From positions 1-44,526 of IMG/VR virus record IMGVR_UViG_3300006930_000015: 44,526 bases of DNA, one strand, 5' to 3'. The translations under genes were made by a program, and so were the position numbers. Below, one piece after another: positions 20,295 to 26,929 of this stretch. Position 1 is the stretch's first letter, and every line of letters begins with the position of its first letter. The notes below the pieces were generated by a model. It had not been told where the DNA came from, searched no databases, and saw only the letters and a program-made list of their open reading frames with translations. This DNA is from a virus. Its lineage: Duplodnaviria > Caudoviricetes.

Positions 20295-21132
20295 CCTGTA
20301 ATACTTTTAATCCTAATAAACGCCACATACGGCAAACAGAAGGTCTATCATCTATAACATATTTAACGTTATATTTGTTTCTAATATTATTATCAAACAG
20401 TTCTTTTTTTACAATATAGTCAGGTCGGTTATCGTTATCAGCTCTGGTGTATATCTCATCGTAATTTACTCCGTTGTCTTTTAGCCACTTCTCTGTAATG
20501 TCTTTATGTTCTTCACTACGTCCAGTTAGGATAATAACCCTATAGCCGTTATCGTAAGCCATGCCAACAATGTTACTAACAGCGTCATCAATAGTATCAC
20601 CCATAGCTTTGCTAGCATCATAAGGATTCCTATTACACATATGAGCAAGAGTGCCATCAACATCGACAATAATAGCTTCTTCAAGATTATCATCATATTT
20701 AATCTCCTCTTTAGTTAGTGGTTCGATGTATTTCCTATGCATATCTAGTATGGCTTCCATAGGTACGCTATTCGGTCGTTTACGGTTTCGCTTGATACAT
20801 TCCTCTAATGGTGTATCTATAAATAAAACACAAAAGTCTACATTATGTTCTCTGGCTATTTGCTCTAACCGTCTTTTATGTACTGGATTGAAGTTCGTAT
20901 CATCTACTACAACACTAAGTCTATTATTTAATGCGTCAATTATACGTAAATCTTCTATTTCTATAACATTTCTTTCATCTTTGAATGTATAATCTGGGAA
21001 ATATTCAGTCCTTATATCATCTTTATTTACACGCTCATATCCTTTTTCAACTAACTCTTTGGCATAAGTAGTTTTTCCGCTAGCGGGCAGTCCCTTAAGA
21101 AAGAGGATTTCCTGTTTTTTATTGCTTTCCAT
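20269..21132 (-). CDS. pseT: polynucleotide 5'-kinase / 3'-phosphatase (T4 PseT-like)
   Basis: P-loop GLPASGKTT, RVNKDDIR, VVDDTN; HAD domain DVDGT, TGR, K, IDDR. Confidence 0.9.
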   Translation of the reverse strand: MESNKKQEILFLKGLPASGKTTYAKELVEKGYERVNKDDIRTEYFPDYTFKDERNVIEIEDLRIIDALNNRLSVVVDDTNFNPVHKRRLEQIAREHNVDFCVLFIDTPLEECIKRNRKRPNSVPMEAILDMHRKYIEPLTKEEIKYDDNLEEAIIVDVDGTLAHMCNRNPYDASKAMGDTIDDAVSNIVGMAYDNGYRVIILTGRSEEHKDITEKWLKDNGVNYDEIYTRADNDNRPDYIVKKELFDNNIRNKYNVKYVIDDRPSVCRMWRLLGLKVLQVGDPHYEF

Positions 21133-21634
21133 ATAATTCTAATATCTCCTTAGCCCATTTTATCTTATCTTCCACTCTTTGTCCAGCTGGTTGATATGTA
21201 TTCCATAATTCAAGATTTACTGGACTATTGTCTAATTTATTACCATTTATATGATGAACATTCTCATTTTTTAATAAAGGTCTACCAATAATGTTACTCA
21301 TCATAAGTCTATGTTCACGTATATATCCAGTTTTCTTAGCATTAGGATTATTTGGAGCCCATATTTGTACATATCCATTATCATCAATAAATCTTCCACC
21401 CTTCCAAGATGGATTTGTTTGTCCTGTAAGATTTTTTAATCTTTCTACGTTTATGCATCCACAAGATTTCGTGCCTCCATTTGCTCTAGTTAGGTTTGAT
21501 GTAATAACATAAACTGTATTTCCGCAGTCGCATAAACATTCCCAATATATTCGATTATTTTTTCTATATGATAAATTTATAACTTTTAATTTTCCGTACC
21601 TATTACCAATAAGTGATTTATGTTTTCCTATCAT
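21119..21634 (-). CDS. free-standing HNH homing endonuclease
   Basis: GNRYGKL..WECLCDCG..TKSCGC module plus EHRL..ENVHHING.KLDN..NLEL (HNH_3). Confidence 0.88.
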   Translation of the reverse strand: MIGKHKSLIGNRYGKLKVINLSYRKNNRIYWECLCDCGNTVYVITSNLTRANGGTKSCGCINVERLKNLTGQTNPSWKGGRFIDDNGYVQIWAPNNPNAKKTGYIREHRLMMSNIIGRPLLKNENVHHINGNKLDNSPVNLELWNTYQPAGQRVEDKIKWAKEILELYGKQ

Positions 21635-21687
21635 ATTCTAGCGGGCAACCCTTTTAACATAAGTAGTTCTTGTTTATTCTTCGTCAT
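21631..21687 (-). pseudogene. orphaned original 5' end of pnk (18 codons)
   Basis: Encodes MTKNKQELLMLKGLPARI* versus Pnk start MESNKKQEILFLKGLPASGKT; its stop overlaps the HNH ATG. Confidence 0.8.
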
Positions 21688-21877
21688 TTTCCATCCTCTT
21701 CATAAGTATTTCTATACACATCGACATTTCTTTAACGTCATTATCGAATCTCTCTGGGAATAGATTAAAGTTTTTAATCATATTCATACTATAATCCATG
21801 TATTGTAACATCTCTTGGTTTGATAGAGTGTTAAATACTTGTTCTGGTGAACTATCTTTATAGTATTTACGTTCCAT
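21674..21877 (-). CDS. hypothetical protein
   Basis: Coupled small ORF, GAGGA RBS. Confidence 0.55.
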   Translation of the reverse strand: MERKYYKDSSPEQVFNTLSNQEMLQYMDYSMNMIKNFNLFPERFDNDVKEMSMCIEILMKRMENDEE

Positions 21878-22053
21878 TATTCCTCGCCGTTACGTTCACG
21901 TTCAATAATCTCATGGTAAATCTGATTAGAGTATTGTGAGTAATTACCGCAGTTTGGAGACATCAATACAAATACCTCTTCTAATTCTTTCTTCGATAGT
22001 TTCTCTAAATCAAGTTTAGTGCAGTAATTCATTTCATCTTTATTTCGTTCCAT
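21877..22053 (-). CDS. hypothetical protein (58 aa, not in ORF track)
   Basis: MERNKDEMNYC...; TAATG overlaps on both sides. Confidence 0.55.
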   Translation of the reverse strand: MERNKDEMNYCTKLDLEKLSKKELEEVFVLMSPNCGNYSQYSNQIYHEIIERERNGEE

Positions 22054-22292
22054 TACTCACTCTTCTCCTCTACAATCTTTAATGGTTCACCACGTTTACC
22101 TGCCATATAAGCTGCTTTAAGTGCATCTTTAATTGTGTATGCATCTGACAAGTCTCTGAATAAATAGTTATCTTCTGGTTCACCATGCCCAAAACTCATA
22201 CTATAAGTTTCTTTATCTGTCTCTAAGACAGTTTCTAGTGTTCCATCTTCATCTGTGTCATAATCTGGTATTGTAATTGTCGTTATTCTCAT
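22053..22292 (-). CDS. hypothetical protein
   Basis: GEPEDN..RDL..AY.AGK motif common in phage proteins. Confidence 0.6.
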   Translation of the reverse strand: MRITTITIPDYDTDEDGTLETVLETDKETYSMSFGHGEPEDNYLFRDLSDAYTIKDALKAAYMAGKRGEPLKIVEEKSE

Positions 22293-22360
22293 TTTTCCTT
22301 ATCTCCTTAATTATAATCTTTTTTATATTACGCTGTCTCATATCTCCTACTTCAGATTTT

Positions 22361-23341
22361 CTAATTCTCGCCAGTACTCCTCCCAGATGTTTTGCTAATT
22401 GTTTCTTGGTCTTTAATGACCGATGTCTCCAGTTCGCCATTGGAGTCTCCTAACATTATTTTCTCTTTATAATATTGAGGCAAGCCATTAGTTGCCATTG
22501 CAAGAAAGTCATTCATATAAATATTCCATAGTTTGTCTTTTATATTATCTTTTTCTTCTTCTATTATATCGTTACGTACTTCTTTTATAAGTGGTCCTAT
22601 GTCTTTAGGATTACCTAGTAACGTGCCATTGTCTCGTAAGTGTTGTATTGCTTTATTCCATCGTGCCTTTGATTTATATTGAGACATTGCAACTTCTAGT
22701 TTACCCTTACCTGTATTTTCTTTTTTCCAGTCTTTGTTATGTACTTCCTTAAATGCTTCTGTTACATACTTGCCAGACATAACAGTTTGTGGTATTTGAT
22801 TTAAGAATAGCCAAGGTTTATACGCCTTAACTACAACGCCTTCAATCTTACTACCACCCAAGTAGCTTACCGTATCATTAACCATTTCAATAACGCCAGA
22901 TGCGTTAGCTTCACCCTTAAACAATAGTGGAACTGTATCTATTTCAAATATTTCAGCCCATTTTTTACACTCTTCTATACCAAAATGCTCCATCGTTTCA
23001 GAATTATAAACTCCAAATAATGCAATGTAATTCTTTGGTGTATTGTCGTATGCAAGTGTATTATGTTTAGGCTTCTGTAAGTATTCACCATAAAATGTCA
23101 TATTATCTGGTATTTTATCTTCGATTGTTTTGATGTAATCAACCGCTTTAATAAACATCATATCAGGATTATCTAAATCTTGTTCCTTACCTTTAGAACG
23201 TACAAACAATTGTCCATTTACTTTACCGAATCCTAATTGTGAACCATCAACTTTTTCTGTTATCTCTACTACAGTATCAAACAAACTCGAAATTTGCTTG
23301 TCGCCTATGTGTAGTATCTTTGGAAATGCTGCTGTGTTCAT
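22361..23341 (-). CDS. RNA ligase (Rnl2-like nucleotidyltransferase)
   Basis: FPKI, motif I TEKVDGS, III FYGEY, IIIa LFGV, IV EGVVVK, V GKYV..FKE. Confidence 0.82.
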   Translation of the reverse strand: MNTAAFPKILHIGDKQISSLFDTVVEITEKVDGSQLGFGKVNGQLFVRSKGKEQDLDNPDMMFIKAVDYIKTIEDKIPDNMTFYGEYLQKPKHNTLAYDNTPKNYIALFGVYNSETMEHFGIEECKKWAEIFEIDTVPLLFKGEANASGVIEMVNDTVSYLGGSKIEGVVVKAYKPWLFLNQIPQTVMSGKYVTEAFKEVHNKDWKKENTGKGKLEVAMSQYKSKARWNKAIQHLRDNGTLLGNPKDIGPLIKEVRNDIIEEEKDNIKDKLWNIYMNDFLAMATNGLPQYYKEKIMLGDSNGELETSVIKDQETISKTSGRSTGEN

Positions 23342-23681
23342 AAACTATTTCTCCTTTTCTATTTATATTAGGTTCTTCACCAAACCTATCTTTCCACCTT
23401 TTAACACATTCATTACATATAAGTTCACCATCTTTTAAAAATCCCCAACCTTCTGGTATGTCAAAGTAAGCATAACCAAACTTTGCGCATATATGACAAT
23501 CTGATTCTATTAAGTTATTAAAGTAATCATTGCATGAATCAATTAGTCCGCCTAACCTAAACATCATATCATCTCTTAGTTTACCAACTTGTTTAGGTGA
23601 CATATTCTTAATAGTCTCTGCCTCTACTTCTCTACTTGGTAACTTATACTGTAGTGTTGCCATATTTCTTTTCGTTATCAT
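23277..23681 (-). CDS. hypothetical Zn-binding protein
   Basis: CHIC...P.GW...CNEC; start uncertain. Confidence 0.5.
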   Translation of the reverse strand: MITKRNMATLQYKLPSREVEAETIKNMSPKQVGKLRDDMMFRLGGLIDSCNDYFNNLIESDCHICAKFGYAYFDIPEGWGFLKDGELICNECVKRWKDRFGEEPNINRKGEIVYEHSSISKDTTHRRQANFEFV

Positions 23682-23832
23682 CTTTCTGGCATTCAGCCAA
23701 TCCCTCTAATACCGATACTGAATCATGTAATGCAATTTCAGCTAAAAATTTACAGAACATTCTAAACTCTTCTTCTTTACGTTGTTCTATTTGTATTTTA
23801 GCCTCTGCTCGCATCATGTCAAGCTTTTCCAT
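23644..23832 (-). CDS. hypothetical protein
   Basis: Coupled small ORF. Confidence 0.5.
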   Translation of the reverse strand: MEKLDMMRAEAKIQIEQRKEEEFRMFCKFLAEIALHDSVSVLEGLAECQKDDNEKKYGNTTV

Positions 23833-24044
23833 TAGTCTGCAATACCTTGCTCTGACATATCAATTGATTTACGTTGGTCGATTGCATCTTCCATATTAAC
23901 ACCATGTTCTGATATAATCCTGCAACAAAGTTCAATCATTTCTTTTTCGGTTTGTTCTTGTTCCCTAGCTAGGAATAGAAACTTTTCTACTATGTAATTC
24001 TTTTCATCTTCTTTTGTAAATTCTTTACTCTTTAATATTTCCAT
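23832..24044 (-). CDS. hypothetical protein
   Basis: Coupled small ORF with AAGGGG RBS. Confidence 0.55.
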   Translation of the reverse strand: MEILKSKEFTKEDEKNYIVEKFLFLAREQEQTEKEMIELCCRIISEHGVNMEDAIDQRKSIDMSEQGIAD

Positions 24045-24058
24045 ATTACAACCCCTTC

Positions 24059-24817
24059 TTAAGCATTTACTAATCGTCCTTCACCTTTTAATTTAGACTC
24101 ATTTGTCCAACAACCACATTTCCTACATTGATACCTTTGAACCTTTCCATTACGTCTCATGTTAAACCCACGTTTCTCTAGTTTATCACTACCGCATTTA
24201 GGACAAATACCGTTAATTTGTAATATGTCTCCGACATTAGGGTGATTCCTTATAAATGGTAAGAATTTATTATATAGTTTCTCCAGCAGTACAATATCCT
24301 GTCGATTGTACAGTTCCATAAGTCTCTCAATCTTTGGTGTTGGATTATTCAAGAAATCATCTTCAATATCTGCATATGTAATCTTACGTTTACTTCCTAT
24401 ATCTAAGTATTCGCATAAATCATTAAGACTATTAGATTGAAACTTGAATTCCCTTCTTGCAACCTGTAATGTGTCTACGCTCTTATATGGTGATACTGGA
24501 CCACGCCCTTCTTTTATAAAGAACCTGTTTGCCATTTTATTATCAAACTTATTACCGTTATGAGCAACTACAATATCAGCTTCATTAAGTAAGTTCCATA
24601 GTTTATCTACTAATCCGTCATATCCACCATCATGATTTCTTGACACGTAAGTAATGTTCTTATCACCTTCCCATTTATATGCAAAACACATAAGTTCTTG
24701 GTGTCTAATAGTTTTAACTACTTTAAAATCCCATTTAGACCCATATCCACCTACTATATCTCTTGATACTTCAATATCAAAGAATAGTTTTTTTACTTTA
24801 GTCGTCTCCATTAGCAA
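24059..24817 (-). CDS. DEDD 3'-5' exonuclease (RNase H-like fold) with C-terminal Zn ribbon
   Basis: FFDIE, AHNGNKFD, DTL, YNRQD; CPKC..CRKC. Confidence 0.85.
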   Translation of the reverse strand: MLMETTKVKKLFFDIEVSRDIVGGYGSKWDFKVVKTIRHQELMCFAYKWEGDKNITYVSRNHDGGYDGLVDKLWNLLNEADIVVAHNGNKFDNKMANRFFIKEGRGPVSPYKSVDTLQVARREFKFQSNSLNDLCEYLDIGSKRKITYADIEDDFLNNPTPKIERLMELYNRQDIVLLEKLYNKFLPFIRNHPNVGDILQINGICPKCGSDKLEKRGFNMRRNGKVQRYQCRKCGCWTNESKLKGEGRLVNA

Positions 24818-24948
24818 TGTCGTTCATCTCCTCGTATGTCATATTTAATAATTCTATCTCGTAATCATCCATTGTCGTTCCTTTTTGTCGTTTATTTATA
24901 AACTTACAGCTATCAGTAGCTTGTAGGCGTTGCATGGACGCCTCGTTA

Positions 24949-25023
24949 TGGTCGCGGGAACCTGAATTTAACAGATACCTTCCAGACCCATTCCGGATGT
25001 GCTATCATTGCCACCATCCCGCG
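24949..25023 (-). tRNA. non-canonical tRNA-like RNA (Pro-UGG-like)
   Basis: Cloverleaf with CGCGGGA/TCCCGCG acceptor, A73-CCA and anticodon arm TCCGG-AATGGGT-CTGGA; has A33, D-loop TGATA and T-loop TTAAATT instead of conserved bases. Confidence 0.65.
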
Positions 25024-25064
25024 CAGCTGGAACTCCACTACTGATATGTGTAAACTTATAAATT

Positions 25065-25176
25065 TGGACCCAAAGGAAGGACTCGAACCTTCAACCTATG
25101 CGTTGCTTACAGATACAGGTTTCCCATATTATATCTGATTCTTTCATACATTGCTCTACCATTGAGCTACTTCGGG
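25065..25176 (-). ncRNA. tRNA-like RNA with ~37-nt insertion in the anticodon arm
   Basis: Canonical acceptor (CCCGAAG/CTTTGGG, T-CCA), D arm GCTC-AATGGTA-GAGC, T arm GAAGG-TTCGAGT-CCTTC; 54-nt anticodon domain containing an 8-bp helix and GG-GAAA-CC. Confidence 0.8.
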
Positions 25177-25179
25177 TTA

Positions 25180-25255
25180 TGGTCAGAGTCGTAGGAGTCG
25201 AACCTACAATCTCCCGCGTCCAAGGCGGGCGTTTCACCAACAAAACTTCACTCTG
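25180..25255 (-). tRNA. tRNA-Pro(UGG)
   Basis: 76 nt; CCCGC-CT-TGG-AC-GCGGG anticodon arm, GTAGG-TTCGACT-CCTAC, C1-G72, A73, encoded CCA; G7/G66 mismatch and A8. Confidence 0.85.
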
Positions 25256-25375
25256 ATATGCAGAGTCTCGCCTCTCTGCTCGTTGATTCATACTTATATT
25301 CAATATATTGTATGTGCCAGCGTCGCTACCGCCTTTGGTGTTACACGTGTTTTTACCGTACGTCTACGGTTGATA

Positions 25376-25421
25376 GTAGGTTTTCGGAATTGAACCGAAC
25401 ATTACCAGTTTCCAGACCTAC
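25376..25421 (-). ncRNA. minimal tRNA-like element (acceptor + D-loop + T arm, no anticodon arm)
   Basis: GTAGGT/ACCTAC stem, linker containing CTGGTAA, T arm TTCGG-TTCAATT-CCGAA. Confidence 0.55.
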
Positions 25422-25426
25422 ATATA

Positions 25427-25509
25427 TGGTGGAGATATAGTGAATCGAACACTAGTCCAGACAAGTACGCATTTACGTCTTAATCGCCTGTCAAAACCAT
25501 TTTATCCCC
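25427..25509 (-). ncRNA. mini-tmRNA: tRNA-like domain only
   Basis: 5' GGGGATAAAATGGTTTTGACAGG and 3' CTGGAC-TAGTG-TTCGATT-CACTA-TATCTCC-ACCA; G3-U70 pair; no D stem; P2 closed after 33 nt. Confidence 0.8.
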
Positions 25510-25585
25510 AAGTGTGGCTGTTAGTTCCTCATTTACGCCTCATTTAACTACGAGCCTCTCTATCGTAGCACCACTACTTTATGCA

Positions 25586-26224
25586 CTAATACCAGTGATT
25601 AGAATTCCAAAATGCAACTGCTTGAGACCAGCCGCCATATCTACTATCGACATAATTAGTCATAGCTTTAAGTGCTGCTACAGGGTCATTCCATGCTCCA
25701 GCCCATTTACCGCAAGGTAATTGTTGACCTAGACCACATGCCCCTGAACTCTTGTTAACTGCATTTGGATTCCAACCAGACTCACGAGATACGATTGAAT
25801 CAACGTATGACCATTGAGCTTCTGGTATGCCTGATGCTGCAAGCCAAGTATATTTATCTCCACTAATCGTAGTTACAGTAGCTGGTTGAATAACCCTTAG
25901 TGCTGCCTGTACTGATTTTGATTGTGCTTCTTTCTTAGCTTGCAATTTGACTTTTAAAGATTCGTTCTCCTGCTGTAAATTCTGCGTTTTAATGCGTTCT
26001 TCACGAAGAGATGAGTCAATACTCGTCTTTTGTTCTGAAAGCTCTGAGAAACGCTTAGAAACAGTCTCATGGGCTTTCTTTTCTTTAACCGTCTGTGTAC
26101 GTGCTGATTGTAATGCATTTACAGTCTCTGTATGTCTAAATAATACAGACACGTTCATAACGATAAGGATAGCAATAATAAATTTTAAACTATTCTTGCG
26201 TAGCCAATTTAGTAATTTACGAAT
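25586..26224 (-). CDS. secreted or membrane-anchored lytic transglycosylase (SLT/aggregation-promoting-factor-like C-terminus); probable ATT start
   Basis: IVSRESGWNPNAVN.SSGACGLGQ..RYGGW..A..FW..NHWY; coiled-coil linker; frame is open upstream of ATG 26158 with a basic + hydrophobic signal-like segment and GAAAGG 6 nt before ATT 26224. Confidence 0.8.
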   Translation of the reverse strand: MRKLLNWLRKNSLKFIIAILIVMNVSVLFRHTETVNALQSARTQTVKEKKAHETVSKRFSELSEQKTSIDSSLREERIKTQNLQQENESLKVKLQAKKEAQSKSVQAALRVIQPATVTTISGDKYTWLAASGIPEAQWSYVDSIVSRESGWNPNAVNKSSGACGLGQQLPCGKWAGAWNDPVAALKAMTNYVDSRYGGWSQAVAFWNSNHWY

Positions 26225-26287
26225 AAAATACCTTTCGTTAACTAATATTAAGGGATAGACTTTCCCAGTGTAAGCAGGTTCAGCTCT

Positions 26288-26368
26288 CTAGCTGTTTACT
26301 GGTTCTTCAAAGTCAATTTCATCAAATTCATTCACATGTTCTGGTACAAGTTGTTTAATTCGACTCAT
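26288..26368 (-). CDS. 26-aa upstream ORF in frame with the transglycosylase
   Basis: MSRIKQLVPEHVNEFDEIDFEEPVNS*, AAGGGG RBS, directly after promoter. Confidence 0.5.
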   Translation of the reverse strand: MSRIKQLVPEHVNEFDEIDFEEPVNS

Positions 26369-26390
26369 AGTATTTCCCCTTTCATATACA

Positions 26391-26454
26391 ATCATATCAA
26401 ACTTTGTTCAAAATGTCAATAGTTTTTTATAAAAATGTGTTGTAAAATAGTCAA
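26391..26454 (-). promoter_or_regulatory. sigma70 promoter with upstream palindromic box
   Basis: TTGACA(26419-26414)-N17-TATGAT(26396-26391), extended TG; box TTGTAAAATAGTCAA at 26440-26454. Confidence 0.8.
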
Positions 26455-26457
26455 TAG

Positions 26458-26757
26458 TTATATATTACTTAAAAACTGTAAGAACTCGTAAGTATCTTTA
26501 CTAACTACTGGCTTTAATCTCATACTACCCTTTTTATAGTTACATATACCATGGGCTGGTTGAATATTACCAGGGTCAAAAATATTGTCTGCCGTCCTTG
26601 GCTGTATGTGGTCGAGTGTGACTTCATCATAAGCGACCCAATCTCCACATATAGAGCAAAGATAGTATCCATTATCACATGGTTGGTTTTTTTCGAGCCA
26701 GTGTTTTCTAAACCTGAGCCAATCTGCCGACTTCCTGTAATCTTCATTCTTGTTCAT
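26458..26757 (-). CDS. HNH endonuclease
   Basis: CSICG..TLDHIQPR..NIQPAHGICNYKKG. Confidence 0.85.
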   Translation of the reverse strand: MNKNEDYRKSADWLRFRKHWLEKNQPCDNGYYLCSICGDWVAYDEVTLDHIQPRTADNIFDPGNIQPAHGICNYKKGSMRLKPVVSKDTYEFLQFLSNI

Positions 26758-26929
26758 CTTTTTTACAATCTTCGAATATAAATTTTCTTCGTACTGTTCT
26801 TAAGTATTTTATATTCTTTTTTTTGGACTCTTCTTCAAGTTCAGTCTTTTTACGCAATCTACATACGCCATTTACAGTACACGCTACATACCCATGTGGA
26901 ACATATATTATCTCATCGTATTCATTCAT
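26744..26929 (-). CDS. hypothetical protein
   Basis: Overlapping coupled ORF. Confidence 0.45.
   Translation of the reverse strand: MNEYDEIIYVPHGYVACTVNGVCRLRKKTELEEESKKKNIKYLRTVRRKFIFEDCKKDEQE

Noticed and set aside
21119-21640. Group I intron in pnk
   Set aside because: The HNH ORF fills nearly the whole insert, leaving no room for a ribozyme core, and a replacement start is present
25091-25440. ORFs 25091-25303 (-) and 25258-25440 (+)
   Set aside because: They overlap clear tRNA-like structures and have no RBS or protein-like features
25427-25509. tmRNA fragment as an attP site
   Set aside because: att duplications carry only one end of the gene; here both ends are fused with intact pairing, and no integrase is recognisable
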